Assembly (NCBI GenBank): GCA_049317745.1
Contig: JBMOHR010000002.1
Coordinates: 9,997 to 73,996 of the forward strand
Reading direction: 5' to 3'
Origin: Ignavibacteria bacterium
Lineage (GTDB): Bacteria; Bacteroidota; Ignavibacteria; Tepidaquicellales; Tepidaquicellaceae
Length of the DNA: 64,000 nucleotides
Within the stretch, counting starts at the first letter, position 1. Each line of letters begins with the position of its first letter. The position numbers and the translations under genes were made by a program. The notes under the pieces were generated by a model. The model saw only the letters and a program-made list of their open reading frames with translations. It was not told the origin of the DNA and did not search any database. Positions 12,770-23,545 of this stretch are shown in pieces.

Positions 12770-13357
12770 TTAGTTTAATTCAATTACAATATTATTTTCA
12801 AGTTTATATTTCTTGCCTGACTTTTCGCACTCCGCGAGACCGTTATTATCAAACACTAACTTCTTTCCAGCTTCGCTGTACCAGCCTTTAATTTTTCCGG
12901 GGTTACCGACAACTAATGCAAAATCAGGTATATCTTTTGTAACAACTGTTCCTGCACCTACAAAGGCAAACCGGCCTATTGTTACTCCACAAACTATTGT
13001 AGAATTTGCTCCTAAAGATGCTCCTTCTTTAACCAGAGTTTTTAAATAGAATTCTGAACCTACCTGAGGATATTTACTTCTTGGATTAATAATATTTGTA
13101 AAGACCATGGACGGTCCGCAAAACACATAATCTTCAAGTACAACGCCTTCATACACTGAGACATTATTCTGAATTTTCACATAATTTCCAATAGTAACAT
13201 TATTACCAATATTCACATTCTGACCAAGAATACATTTCTTCCCAATTTTGCTTCCGGACTGTACATGAGAAAAATGCCATATCTTAGAACCTTCGCCAAT
13301 TTCGACATTGTCATCAACAACAGCGAATTTATCTACATAAAACTTATTTTCAAACAT
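12770..13357 (-). CDS. Left-handed beta-helix (hexapeptide) sugar N-acetyltransferase (WbpD/WlbB-like)
   Basis: Repeated hexapeptide [LIV]-G-x4 units ([38 protein letters not shown]) and a [10 protein letters not shown]-terminal region. Confidence 0.85.
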   Translation of the reverse strand: MFENKFYVDKFAVVDDNVEIGEGSKIWHFSHVQSGSKIGKKCILGQNVNIGNNVTIGNYVKIQNNVSVYEGVVLEDYVFCGPSMVFTNIINPRSKYPQVGSEFYLKTLVKEGASLGANSTIVCGVTIGRFAFVGAGTVVTKDIPDFALVVGNPGKIKGWYSEAGKKLVFDNNGLAECEKSGKKYKLENNIVIELN

Positions 13358-13358
13358 A

Positions 13359-14333
13359 TTATTGATTTAATTTAGTTTGTGCAATTTCCAGAATTTCTAA
13401 AACTTCTTTAGCGTGATACCCATCTGTTTTAGGGACAGTATCGTTTAAAATTGAGTTATAGAAATGTATTTGTTCTTCTTCTAAAGCCTGTTTATTATCA
13501 AATGGAATTACCTCATATTCGGATTCAAATTTTTCAATTGAGTCACCAACGACATTGAACCCTTTTTTATAAAACTTAAGTTTTTCCTTTTTAAGACTAT
13601 CTTCAAAAACAATCATACCCTTATCTCCAATCACAACGAGTCTCTGTTCTTTAAAAGGATGCAGCCAACTGACAAAAATATGTGCGTTAATATTATTTTT
13701 ATATTTAAGGAATGTTAAAGTAGTGTCTTCAATATTTTCCTGTAAAAAAGTAGCTCCTTTTGCATCTACACTTTGCGGTTTTTCGCCAACAAGATACTGA
13801 ATTATTGATACATCATGCGGAGCAAAGCTCCACAAAATATTTTCCTCTTTCCTGATTGTACCGAGGTTTAATCTGTTGCTGTATATATATTGTATATTTC
13901 CTATAAATTCACTTTCAATCATACTTTTCAGCTTTACAATTGCAGGATGAAACAACAATACATGACCAACCATTACTTTCTTATTATATTTTTCTGCAAT
14001 CTCAATCAGATTAGTTGTTTCTGTTGAAAGTAAAGTTAATGGTTTTTCTGTTAAGATATGTTTATTGTTGATTAAACACATTTTGGATATTTCATAATGA
14101 GTTTCAGCAGGTGTAGCTATTATAACGGCATTAATTTCCTCACTTTTAAATACGTTCTCTAAATTATTACAAAACTTAATATCAGGCGAAATCTCCTTAA
14201 CTTTTTCCTCAACACTTTTATTAATATCACAAACGACTAATAAATTTTTACCTAACAACTTATGAGCTGTTTTAACATGATTGATACCCCATTTACCACC
14301 ACCAATCACTGCCAGCTTTATACCCTCAAACAT
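13359..14333 (-). CDS. Gfo/Idh/MocA-family NAD-dependent sugar oxidoreductase (WbpB-like)
   Basis: N-terminal Rossmann motif (AVIGGGKWG) and EKP motif (LTEKPL). Positioned next to the acetyltransferase and aminotransferase. Confidence 0.8.
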   Translation of the reverse strand: MFEGIKLAVIGGGKWGINHVKTAHKLLGKNLLVVCDINKSVEEKVKEISPDIKFCNNLENVFKSEEINAVIIATPAETHYEISKMCLINNKHILTEKPLTLLSTETTNLIEIAEKYNKKVMVGHVLLFHPAIVKLKSMIESEFIGNIQYIYSNRLNLGTIRKEENILWSFAPHDVSIIQYLVGEKPQSVDAKGATFLQENIEDTTLTFLKYKNNINAHIFVSWLHPFKEQRLVVIGDKGMIVFEDSLKKEKLKFYKKGFNVVGDSIEKFESEYEVIPFDNKQALEEEQIHFYNSILNDTVPKTDGYHAKEVLEILEIAQTKLNQ

Positions 14334-15460
14334 TAATATCCCCTTTTGATAACTTTTTCAAAATCTGCTAAAGTCATAATATTTACTAATTCTTCAAACT
14401 TAGTGACAGGTTTCCAACCCAGATTACTTAAAGCTTTAGAGGCATCACCAATCAACAAATCAACTTCAGTAGGACGATAATAATTTACATCTACATCAAC
14501 AACTACATCACCTTTTCTAATATATTTTAGCACCATTTCTTTATAAATGATTTTTATCTTATCAAGCCCACCCAGTAATAAATTCTCATTAATATTCTTT
14601 ACGACACCTTTTTCTTTTTCCTTTTCTCCCTGCCATTCCAATTCAACTCCTAACCCTTTAAAAGTTAAGTCTACAAACTCCCTGACAGTATGAGTTTCTC
14701 CGGTTGCAAGGACATAATCTTCGGGTTTGTCTTGCTGCAACATCATCCACATCCCTTCACAAAATTCAGGTGCATAACCCCAATCTCTTTTAGCATTTAG
14801 ATTTCCGAGTGACAATTTCTTTTGGTGACCACAAATAATTTTTGATACTGCTCTTGTTATTTTACGAGTAACAAATGTTTCTCCCCTTCGTGGAGATTCA
14901 TGATTGAATAGTATACCGTTACAGGCAAAAAGATTATAGGCTTCTCTGTAATTTACAACAATCCAGTATCCGTATATTTTTGCAACTCCATACGGACTTC
15001 TTGGGTAGAACGGTGTCTTTTCATTTTGAGGAATTTCCTGAACTTTACCGAATAATTCACTTGTTGAAGCCTGATAGAATTTTGTTTTCAGCCCTGTTTC
15101 ACGAATCGCATCCAGAAATCTTAAAGTTCCTATAGCATCAACTTCAGCAGTATATTCAGGCACTTCAAAAGAAACTTTAACGTGACTTTGCGCTGCAAGA
15201 TTATATATTTCATCAGGATGAGTTTTTTCAAGTAATCTGTTTAAGTTACTTGTATCTGTTACGTCACCATAGTGAAGGAATAATTTCTTGTTTAGAATTT
15301 CGGGATTAGTATAAAGATGATCTATCCTGCCAGTGTTAAAGGAACTGCTTCTTCTGATAATCCCATGAACTGTATACCCTTTATTTATTAATAACTCTGT
15401 AAGATAACTACCATCCTGACCGGTAATACCTGTTATTAAAGCTATTTTTGATTTCGACAT
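14333..15460 (-). CDS. gmd: GDP-mannose 4,6-dehydratase
   Basis: [44 protein letters not shown] is a near-canonical Gmd N-terminus. SPYGVAKIY supplies the YxxxK catalytic motif. Confidence 0.95.
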   Translation of the reverse strand: MSKSKIALITGITGQDGSYLTELLINKGYTVHGIIRRSSSFNTGRIDHLYTNPEILNKKLFLHYGDVTDTSNLNRLLEKTHPDEIYNLAAQSHVKVSFEVPEYTAEVDAIGTLRFLDAIRETGLKTKFYQASTSELFGKVQEIPQNEKTPFYPRSPYGVAKIYGYWIVVNYREAYNLFACNGILFNHESPRRGETFVTRKITRAVSKIICGHQKKLSLGNLNAKRDWGYAPEFCEGMWMMLQQDKPEDYVLATGETHTVREFVDLTFKGLGVELEWQGEKEKEKGVVKNINENLLLGGLDKIKIIYKEMVLKYIRKGDVVVDVDVNYYRPTEVDLLIGDASKALSNLGWKPVTKFEELVNIMTLADFEKVIKRGY

Positions 15461-15465
15461 ATTTA

Positions 15466-16773
15466 TTATGCTTTATAAATTTTCTTATTAGAGAATGAAC
15501 CAAATCCATTTCTTGTGTCTACAATAATTTTTGCATTTTTAAGTATCATAGAATAATCATAATATGAATGTTCAGTTGAAAGAAGGACCAGGTCATATTT
15601 TTTAATATTTGCAGGTGTAATCTTTACTGACTTTTTATTAAAATTATACTTCCGAACTTTAGGTATTGAAGTAACATAATCATCATTGTAATCAACTTTA
15701 GCTCCATGATCCTGTAATAATTCTATAAGTTTTAAAGAAGGCGATTCCCTTAAATCATCGATATTCTTTTTGTAGGCTAAACCTAAAATTATTATTTTAG
15801 AACCTTTAATTGATTTCTTATGATCGTTTAAGGCATGAATAACTTTTTCAACAACATAAAACGGCATTGAAGTATTTATTTCCCCTGCAAGTTCAATGAA
15901 TTTACTTGAAGTATCAAATTCTCTTGCTTTCCAGGTTAAATAAAACGGGTCAATTGGGATACAATGTCCTCCTAAGCCGGGTCCCGGATAGAAAGCAGTA
16001 AATCCAAAAGGCTTTGTTGATGCAGCTTTAATAACTTCCCAGATATCAATTCCCATTTTATCGAAGACAACTTTCAGTTCATTGACTAAAGCAATATTTA
16101 TCGAACGGTAAATATTTTCCAGAAGTTTTGCTGCTTCTGCGGCTTTTGTAGAGGAAACAGGGATAACTTTATCTATTACCTTCCCGTAAATAAGGATTCC
16201 TAATTCCTTACACTGTTTTGTAATTCCACCCAGTACTTTTGGAATAGTAGAAGTTGAATAAACAGGGTTATTCGGGTCTTCTCTTTCAGGAGAAAAGCAC
16301 AGATAAAAATCTTTTCCGACTTTCAAACCGGTACAATTAAGAACATCAAGCATATCTCCGTCAGTTGTGCCAGGATATGTTGTACTTTCCAAGGATATCA
16401 ACTGTCCTTTCCTTAAATGCTTTGCAATCTCCTTTGTGGAGTTCATAACATAACTCAAGTCTGGTTCCCTGTTAACATTTAAAGGAGTAGGGACACAAAT
16501 GATTACAACGTCCGGGATTGAAAGCTTAGAAAAATCTGAAGTTGCTAAAAGAGTTTTTCTGTTAACCTGCTCTTTTATTTTATTGGAAGGAATATGTTTT
16601 ATATAGGATTTTTTATCTTTATTTATTGATTTAACTTTTGAAGGATCTAAATCAAATCCAATAACTTTTATTCCTTTTGCTGCAAATTCAAGGGCTAAAG
16701 GTAAACCTACATAACCCATACCAATAATACCAACTGTAAACTTGTTGGCAATAACTTTTTCTTTTAAACCCAT
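15466..16773 (-). CDS. UDP-N-acetyl-D-glucosamine/mannosamine 6-dehydrogenase-type nucleotide-sugar dehydrogenase (WbpA/WecC-like)
   Basis: [18 protein letters not shown] Rossmann motif, catalytic [10 protein letters not shown]-terminal UDP-binding domain. Confidence 0.9.
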   Translation of the reverse strand: MGLKEKVIANKFTVGIIGMGYVGLPLALEFAAKGIKVIGFDLDPSKVKSINKDKKSYIKHIPSNKIKEQVNRKTLLATSDFSKLSIPDVVIICVPTPLNVNREPDLSYVMNSTKEIAKHLRKGQLISLESTTYPGTTDGDMLDVLNCTGLKVGKDFYLCFSPEREDPNNPVYSTSTIPKVLGGITKQCKELGILIYGKVIDKVIPVSSTKAAEAAKLLENIYRSINIALVNELKVVFDKMGIDIWEVIKAASTKPFGFTAFYPGPGLGGHCIPIDPFYLTWKAREFDTSSKFIELAGEINTSMPFYVVEKVIHALNDHKKSIKGSKIIILGLAYKKNIDDLRESPSLKLIELLQDHGAKVDYNDDYVTSIPKVRKYNFNKKSVKITPANIKKYDLVLLSTEHSYYDYSMILKNAKIIVDTRNGFGSFSNKKIYKA

Positions 16774-16776
16774 ACT

Positions 16777-17292
16777 TTAAGTATTTGAAATTTTCTGAAC
16801 TAACTTGACTTCTGAATTACTAAGCTGAACACTAAATGTAGTATTCATCTCAACTATATTAACCATTAACTTATAATTACCTCTTAATTGTACAATGTAC
16901 CCCTTTAATCCTTTAAATATACCATGCGTAATTTCAACGAAATCGCCTTCGATTAAATTTGTATCCTCAATTTTAATTCTTTCAGGTTCCTGTAATGATA
17001 GTTTTATATAATTAATTTCTTCTTCGCTAACTATCGCATGTCTTTTTTGGTACACTATATACTTTAAGGCACCAGGAGTATTTGAAATGGCATTGTATCT
17101 TTCAACAGCATTCCCATAAACGAATAAATAACCCGGGAAAAGCGGTATTTGAATTTTTTTCTTTCTGTCAGACCAATATCTAATCGTATCCACCAAAGGT
17201 AAATAAACTTCAATTTCTTTTTTTACTATTTGGTTATATACCTTTAATTCATTTTTAGGTTTAGCCTGTAAAACATACCAACTTTTATCCAT
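16777..17292 (-). CDS. UpxY-family NusG-like transcription antiterminator
   Basis: WYVLQAKPKNELKV NGN-domain start and a C-terminal KOW-like segment (GDFVEITHGIFKGLKGYIVQL). 171 aa, located inside a polysaccharide locus. Confidence 0.8.
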   Translation of the reverse strand: MDKSWYVLQAKPKNELKVYNQIVKKEIEVYLPLVDTIRYWSDRKKKIQIPLFPGYLFVYGNAVERYNAISNTPGALKYIVYQKRHAIVSEEEINYIKLSLQEPERIKIEDTNLIEGDFVEITHGIFKGLKGYIVQLRGNYKLMVNIVEMNTTFSVQLSNSEVKLVQKISNT

Positions 17293-17310
17293 AAACCAAA
17301 TTAATCAACA

Positions 17311-17592
17311 TTAATCGAAATAACTTCTCAGAAACCTCAGGACAATAAATGCAGATACTACCATTGTCATAATATAAAAGAATATTAATTTAAAAAAGTT
17401 CTTACTGAGTTTATACGTTAAAAGTCTTCCTCTCCAGCCGCAAGACTGACAAAAATAGGCACTGACTTTAAATTTTTTAATAATCTTTTCAAACAAATTT
17501 CTCGAACGGCTTCTTCTTAAAGAGGCAATAGTATTACAATTCGGGCATCTAGCCAGTTGAACATTTTTCTTAATTAATAACTTTAAATTCAA
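17311..17592 (-). CDS. Small zinc-ribbon protein with C-terminal TM helix (hypothetical)
   Basis: CPNC...(26 aa)...CQSC four-Cys pattern followed by the hydrophobic helix LIFFYIMTMVVSAFIVL. TTG start. 6-bp and 18-bp gaps to its neighbours imply co-transcription. Confidence 0.5.
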   Translation of the reverse strand: MNLKLLIKKNVQLARCPNCNTIASLRRSRSRNLFEKIIKKFKVSAYFCQSCGWRGRLLTYKLSKNFFKLIFFYIMTMVVSAFIVLRFLRSYFD

Positions 17593-17598
17593 AGCAAT

Positions 17599-19860
17599 TT
17601 ACTTTGTTTTAATTTGTGATTTAACCCTTTTTTTGTTAGTTCCGTTAGGTTTTGAATAATAATAATAATAGTTATAATAATAACCGTAAGCTGATTTAAT
17701 ACTAAAGTTATTTAATACTGCACCTAAGAATTTATGTTCCTCATTTTCCACTATTCTGTCGTGAGCTCTGACAAATGCATCATAAGGAGTTTTATTTGCC
17801 TGCACGACTAAGATAGTACCATCGGATATTCTGGATAATATTTCAGCATCAGTTACAGATATATAAGGAGGAGAATCCAATACAATAATATCGTATTGTG
17901 TCTCCAAATATTTTAAAAAGTCCAGCATTTGTTTTGAACCCAACAATTCTGAAGGATTAGGAGGTATAGTTCCACTTGTTATAAAGTCCAGTTTCTCAAG
18001 TTTCGTTTTTCTAACTATCTCCTCAAATTTTACGTTAGAGAACAAATAATCACTCAGGCCAGGATATCTTTCTGCCTGAAAGATAGAGTGCACTCTTGGT
18101 TTTCTTAAGTCGCAATCGAGTAACAGTACCTTTTTATCAGCAAAAGCAAAACTTCCTGCAAGGTTCAAAGCAACGGTTGTTTTACCTTCGGATGGTAATG
18201 AACTGGTAATAAGAATAGTTTTTAATTCAGATTCCAGTTTGGAATAATTAACTCTGGTTCGTAAAGCTTTAAAAGACTCTGAGGCTGTAGCATTTGGTTT
18301 ATTAGCTACAATAAATTCTAATTGAGATGAACCCAGTTCTTTTAATTCTTCGATAGACGGTATCCATGACAGAACCGAGATACCCCTTGCTTCAATTTCT
18401 TCAGGAGTTTTTATTGACCTATCAAGATAATTTCTCAAGAATGCAAATCCTACGCCAAGCGCTAATCCAAGAATAGCACCAATCGCTACAATCAGCTGTC
18501 TGTTTGGTTTTGAAGGCCTAAGAGGTAACATTGCCTCATCAATAACGTTGACGTTTCCTAGTTTAGCTCTTTCGTTAACGATAGCCTCCTGATACTTTTC
18601 TTCGAGCGTCAGGTACAATTTCTCGTTGGATTTTCTATCACGTTCTAATCTTGCCAGTTCTATACTCTGAGCAGGTAACTTATTAAATAACGTTTCGTTT
18701 TTAGCAATAACTTTATTAATGGAATTTAACTTTGCCTTATTAGTAATAATCTCTATATCAACTTCAAAAAGTTTCTGACCTAACTGACTTTTTTCCTGAG
18801 GCGTATTAGAAAGGATACCTGTTTTGACAATGCTCATTTTATCATCCCTGTTTTTCTTGAGCGGGTCAATTTTTTTCTGGTATTCCTTATTAACTTTTTC
18901 TTTTAATTTTTCATCACTTAATACTGCTGTCTCAACATCTCTTTGAACTTCAAGTTCAGCTATTTTCTTTTGCAGTTCAGTAAAGTATGACTCATTCATC
19001 TGACCATCTATATATTCAAGAACGCTTCTATCAACTTTAGCCAATTCACTTCTTATTTCGTTGCTTGCTTTTTGCTTAGAGAACAAATCAACTTCTGTCG
19101 CATTCTTCTGGGCCTGATATGTTGATATTTCATCAACGACTTTCTTAGCCTGGTCATCCAGGAATAAGATACCGCCTTTTTGCTGATAATCCTGAATGGC
19201 GCCTTCGGAGGTTGCTAAGTCTTTAAATCTTTTATCTTTTTCCAGTCCAAGAAATTCACGAATTGTAGTTAATTCTCTCCTGCTATAGTCTAAACTGATT
19301 CTCTGATATATATTCCCATAAACATTAGCTATAAGTGCTGCTTCGTAATTAGAAGGACTTTGGACTTCAATTTCAACTATATCAAGTCCTCTTTTTTGAT
19401 TAATAGAAACCAAAGTTGACAACAACAAGGTTAGACCTTTAAGACTTATAACATTATCCTTTAATTCAGGCTGTTTATTTACTACATAGTAAAACTTATT
19501 TCTATCGTTAATAACTTTAAAAGAATCTAACAACGAAGCCGCAATTTTCTCTCTGATAGAATTACTTTTCAAAATTTCTATTTCATTTGAGATAAATCTA
19601 TCACTTGAGAAACTTTCTGCTTCGGGCATTAGAGAAGTTGTGAGGATACTTCCCTGAGGTTTAGTAATTTTTAGAGTGGTGACAGTTTTGTACACATCAA
19701 TTGCATTTGTAACATAGACTAATGTTACCATAATACTTGCAATGAAGATTAAAACAATTGGAAGAATATTATTGCGAATAATCCCAATATACTCTTTTAA
19801 GTTATTTGTGGGCAGTTGATCGCCAGTTTTTTTAACTGCCTGTTGTTCGTTATTAGTCAT
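17599..19860 (-). CDS. Polysaccharide co-polymerase / BY-kinase (Wzc/GumC-like chain-length determinant with tyrosine autokinase domain)
   Basis: Two TM helices flank a long coiled-coil periplasmic region. C-terminal P-loop domain with Walker A (PSEGKTTVALNLA), A-prime (LLLDCDLRKP) and B (DIIVLDSPP). C-terminal tyrosine cluster YGYYYNYYYYYS. Confidence 0.85.
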   Translation of the reverse strand: MTNNEQQAVKKTGDQLPTNNLKEYIGIIRNNILPIVLIFIASIMVTLVYVTNAIDVYKTVTTLKITKPQGSILTTSLMPEAESFSSDRFISNEIEILKSNSIREKIAASLLDSFKVINDRNKFYYVVNKQPELKDNVISLKGLTLLLSTLVSINQKRGLDIVEIEVQSPSNYEAALIANVYGNIYQRISLDYSRRELTTIREFLGLEKDKRFKDLATSEGAIQDYQQKGGILFLDDQAKKVVDEISTYQAQKNATEVDLFSKQKASNEIRSELAKVDRSVLEYIDGQMNESYFTELQKKIAELEVQRDVETAVLSDEKLKEKVNKEYQKKIDPLKKNRDDKMSIVKTGILSNTPQEKSQLGQKLFEVDIEIITNKAKLNSINKVIAKNETLFNKLPAQSIELARLERDRKSNEKLYLTLEEKYQEAIVNERAKLGNVNVIDEAMLPLRPSKPNRQLIVAIGAILGLALGVGFAFLRNYLDRSIKTPEEIEARGISVLSWIPSIEELKELGSSQLEFIVANKPNATASESFKALRTRVNYSKLESELKTILITSSLPSEGKTTVALNLAGSFAFADKKVLLLDCDLRKPRVHSIFQAERYPGLSDYLFSNVKFEEIVRKTKLEKLDFITSGTIPPNPSELLGSKQMLDFLKYLETQYDIIVLDSPPYISVTDAEILSRISDGTILVVQANKTPYDAFVRAHDRIVENEEHKFLGAVLNNFSIKSAYGYYYNYYYYYSKPNGTNKKRVKSQIKTK

Positions 19861-20105
19861 TTTTATCTTACCATTTTCGTTATTAAATCAAGATACAGCA
19901 AATTCAAAAAAAATGAATTTACTATACTTCATCGCGCATTTAAATAATCCAATCCACCCTGTTGAAAACATAAGTTTGAATATGTAATCAATCCTTAAAA
20001 CCCCTAATTTGATGAAAAATACCTCAAATGGACACATTTTTGGTATTATTCACATTAAATAATATATTATTTTTTATAGTTAAACTAAAGACATTAATTT
20101 GGTAG

Positions 20106-21482
20106 TTAATGGCCTGCAGCCTTCCCTTTTGGAAAAGCATTCCAAATAGTTCTGGTTAAAAATATTCCCAACAGGACAAAAGGGATTAAAAATATAGGCC
20201 AGAAATCCCAATTCCAGCTTGTTATAAAACCCAAGGACAATGATTGCAATCCGGTCCCTAAATAAACCAATCCATCGATCAAACCAACAGCCGTACCAGC
20301 AGATTTTCTGCCGCCAAAATCCATTGTAGCTGTTCCGCTTAGCATACCGTGAGTTCCGATAACTGCAATAGAAATTATAAAAACTGATATACCAAGCCCC
20401 CATGGATTATTATGCATTGTAAATATCATTCCAAAAGTAGCTAATAATAAAGCAGTATATAATATCCCGGCAACAGGCGCACGTCTTGAGCCAAAAAATT
20501 TGTCTGACATCCACCCGGCTAACATACCACCTGAGGCACCAGCAATCATAAGCAGTAATCCCCAATTATTTAACCAAAAATTCCAGGAGGGAATAAGTTC
20601 CTGAGCAACGGCTACCTGTTCTTTTGCATATATTGGGAACCAGTGCATCACACCGTTTCTAAGCACACCAGTACAAAATTCAATCAACCCAACAATGATT
20701 ATTACTTTATTAGTAAAAATCTTTTTCATAACATCAACCAAAGAGAACTTTTTATCATCATCACCCGATGAAGCATCCCCTGTATCAAAATCTTCAAAAC
20801 CTGCTTGAGAAGGCTGATCATTTATCATAAAATAATCAATTATAAACCATGCTACCAAAATAAGAGCAGGAATCCAGAAAATGAACCAATAACTTGGATT
20901 TTGAGGATTAAGTTTTTCAGTGAAATTCACTATCATTTGACTCCAATCAAAGGCGAAGTATAAACCTAATGAAATTAGAATACCAAATATCCCACCAAAC
21001 ACACCTCTTTCTTTAACATGGAACCACGAAGAATTAACTTTTACTATCGAAACAGCACCAAAACTCTGGAAATACATATTCACGGCATATAAAACCGAGA
21101 ATGTCAAAGTCAGATTCAATTTCCACCCAAGACTTAATATTCCATATAGGAAGAGACCCATCAATAAATTCATAATAGCTGCTCCTCCAGCCCCAAGTAA
21201 AATAGATCTTTTTCCACCAAATTTATCTGTTAGAGGACCATTAATCAGGAAAGAGAATGCATAAGTAATAGTACCCGCAGCAAAAATAATCCCAAAATCT
21301 TCTTTGGTCATTAATGTACCCAAAGCATTTTTAGATACAGTGAGATTATACCTAGCCATATACAAGAAAGCATATGTTAACCCTAAAGGCAGCCAATTAA
21401 ATATTCTTTGTCTCTTATACTCTTTTGAATGTACCGGCTTTCCATTGGTATCGAAGCTTAGTAAAGATGGCTTTTTTGTCAT
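20106..21482 (-). CDS. MFS transporter, organophosphate:Pi antiporter (GlpT/UhpC-like) family
   Basis: 12 predicted TM helices. The N-terminal RQRIFNWLPLGLTYAFLYMARYNL and GPLTDKFGGKR motifs resemble the OPA family. Confidence 0.8.
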   Translation of the reverse strand: MTKKPSLLSFDTNGKPVHSKEYKRQRIFNWLPLGLTYAFLYMARYNLTVSKNALGTLMTKEDFGIIFAAGTITYAFSFLINGPLTDKFGGKRSILLGAGGAAIMNLLMGLFLYGILSLGWKLNLTLTFSVLYAVNMYFQSFGAVSIVKVNSSWFHVKERGVFGGIFGILISLGLYFAFDWSQMIVNFTEKLNPQNPSYWFIFWIPALILVAWFIIDYFMINDQPSQAGFEDFDTGDASSGDDDKKFSLVDVMKKIFTNKVIIIVGLIEFCTGVLRNGVMHWFPIYAKEQVAVAQELIPSWNFWLNNWGLLLMIAGASGGMLAGWMSDKFFGSRRAPVAGILYTALLLATFGMIFTMHNNPWGLGISVFIISIAVIGTHGMLSGTATMDFGGRKSAGTAVGLIDGLVYLGTGLQSLSLGFITSWNWDFWPIFLIPFVLLGIFLTRTIWNAFPKGKAAGH

Positions 21483-21486
21483 AAAT

Positions 21487-21822
21487 TTATTTTTTAAAAT
21501 GAATAGTTAACCAAAAACATAAAGGTTTTACAGATGTTTTAAGAACTTTGTGATTAGTGTTAGCAGGAATAATAAAGTAATCACCTTCTACTAAAACAAT
21601 TTTCTGTTTATTTTCAAAAAGTAATTCAGCCTTCCCTTTTAACATTAATACAAACTCATCATCATCTTCGTTAAGCCATTTATCTTTTGGCGTTTTGTAT
21701 CCTTTTGATACAATTTTTTCTAATCGAAATTTATTTCCTACAAGTAAATCAAAATAATTCTCTAACAACAGAGATTCTTTATGCTCAGTATAATAATTTT
21801 CAACAATTATCTTTGACGGCAT
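21487..21822 (-). CDS. Cupin-domain protein
   Basis: DEFVLMLKGKAELLFE...GDYFIIPANTNHKV has the cupin two-motif layout. The ORF track extends to 21858, but the internal ATG at 21822 shortens the overlap with prmA to 23 nt. The start is uncertain. Confidence 0.6.
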   Translation of the reverse strand: MPSKIIVENYYTEHKESLLLENYFDLLVGNKFRLEKIVSKGYKTPKDKWLNEDDDEFVLMLKGKAELLFENKQKIVLVEGDYFIIPANTNHKVLKTSVKPLCFWLTIHFKK

Positions 21823-22651
21823 AAACTCCAATCCATTCAGATTTACGTATAACTTCAATCACCTTAAACCCTTTCCTCTTTAAGTGAGTTTTAAGACTTC
21901 TTTCTTCATCTCTTAAAACCCCCGATATGAAAAGTTTTCCTTTCGGTTTAAGCTTTGAATACATCTGTTGTAAATTCTCTTTAATTACCGAACTGATAAT
22001 ATTGGCACATATAACATCAAAGTTCTTTTCTTTAATATCGGAAATCGAATTCTGATAAAGTTTAATTTTATTAGAAACTTTATTTAGTTTAAGGTTTTCA
22101 ACTGCATTATCGATAGAGTCTTCATCAATATCATCAGCTACAGATTTTTGAATTCCCATCTTAATTCCTGCAATTGCAAGAATACCAGTTCCACAACCAA
22201 AGTCAAAAAGATATTTATCTTTCTTAGTTAAATATTTTAGCATAAGTTCTAAAACAAGCTGAGTTGTCTCATTATGGCCTGTACCAAAAGCCATCTTAGG
22301 GTCAATCTGAATCTTTATGTAGCCATTATACTTTTTAACTTCATCTTTTTTCCAGGTAGGATAAACAACAAGTTTATTACTTATTATAATAGGTTCTATG
22401 CTCTTTTGCCATTCTTCATTCCAGTTTCTGTTTTCAATTTCCTCGACAAGAATATCCAAATTATTACCGGAAAAATTAGTTGATACTGATTTTATAATAG
22501 CCGCGGACTCTTCAGGCTTTACGTATAACTCTATTGAACTATCTTTTTCCTCAAATGATGTAATTCCGATAAGGAAAAGATGAGCAATAAGATTATCAAA
22601 ATGTTTAGGGTTTGTAAATAAAGAGATTTTAGTTATAATTTTTGATTTCAT
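21800..22651 (-). CDS. prmA: Ribosomal protein L11 methyltransferase
   Basis: IDPKMAFGTGHNETTQL and SAM motif DFGCGTGILAIAG, with PrmA length and layout. Confidence 0.9.
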   Translation of the reverse strand: MKSKIITKISLFTNPKHFDNLIAHLFLIGITSFEEKDSSIELYVKPEESAAIIKSVSTNFSGNNLDILVEEIENRNWNEEWQKSIEPIIISNKLVVYPTWKKDEVKKYNGYIKIQIDPKMAFGTGHNETTQLVLELMLKYLTKKDKYLFDFGCGTGILAIAGIKMGIQKSVADDIDEDSIDNAVENLKLNKVSNKIKLYQNSISDIKEKNFDVICANIISSVIKENLQQMYSKLKPKGKLFISGVLRDEERSLKTHLKRKGFKVIEVIRKSEWIGVYAVKDNC

Positions 22652-23532
22652 TTATATATCTTTTGAGATGCAGAATCCAGTGTGTTTTTCATAAGCATTG
22701 CGATAGTCATTGGACCGACTCCGCCAGGTACAGGTGTAATCTTTGACACTTTATCAAAGCAACTATTATAATCAACATCGCCCGTCAGCCTGTATCCCTT
22801 CGGAATGGAATTATCATCAACCCTGTTAATACCTACATCAATTAAAACAGAACCTTCTTTAACCATATCACCTTTAACGAACTCAGGTTTACCGATAGCT
22901 GCTATAAGAATATCAGCATCAAGTGTAAATGATTTAATATCCTTTGTTGCACTATGACAGATTGTAACTGTTGAGTTAAGATCCTTTCTGAGAAAAAGAC
23001 TAGCCATGGGCTTTCCAACTATATTACTTCTTCCGATTACAACAACATTCTTTCCATTTGTTTCAACGCCTGACCTTTTAATTAATTCAACTATGCCATA
23101 CGGAGTGCATGGAATAAAACAACTTTGCCCTATAGATAGCCTACCAACGTTTTGAGGATGGAATCCATCAACATCTTTTTTATAATCTATAGCTTCAATT
23201 ATATTCTGTTCGTTAATGTGTCCAGGAAGCGGTAATTGAACAAGAATACCATGTATACTTTTGTCGGTATTAAAATCATGAATAATTCTGAGTAGTTCTG
23301 ATTCGGTAGTAGATTCGGGTAATGCTTTTGTAACGGAATTGAAGCCAATTTCTTCGCAGGCCTTACCTTTGCTTTTAACGTATACTTTAGAAGCGGCATT
23401 TTCACCGACTATAATAAACGCTAAACCTGGAATAATATTACGTTCGAAAAGTAATTTCTTGGTTTCTTCTCTTACTTCATCTTTAATTTTTGAGGATATA
23501 ACTTTTCCATCAATAATCTTACCTGAATCCAT
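22648..23532 (-). CDS. folD: Bifunctional methylenetetrahydrofolate dehydrogenase / methenyl-THF cyclohydrolase
   Basis: IIDGK, YVKSKGKACEEIG, GILVQLPLP, VVVIGRSNIVGKP, PVPGGVGPMTIAML. Confidence 0.95.
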   Translation of the reverse strand: MDSGKIIDGKVISSKIKDEVREETKKLLFERNIIPGLAFIIVGENAASKVYVKSKGKACEEIGFNSVTKALPESTTESELLRIIHDFNTDKSIHGILVQLPLPGHINEQNIIEAIDYKKDVDGFHPQNVGRLSIGQSCFIPCTPYGIVELIKRSGVETNGKNVVVIGRSNIVGKPMASLFLRKDLNSTVTICHSATKDIKSFTLDADILIAAIGKPEFVKGDMVKEGSVLIDVGINRVDDNSIPKGYRLTGDVDYNSCFDKVSKITPVPGGVGPMTIAMLMKNTLDSASQKIYK

Positions 23533-23545
23533 ATAGACATAAAAT

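Noticed and set aside
20080-20403. 107-aa minus-strand ORF overlapping the 3-prime end of the MFS transporter gene in another frame
   Set aside because: It is fully nested in the 458-aa MFS gene on the same strand. Its W/C/R-rich composition is typical of an off-frame reading.
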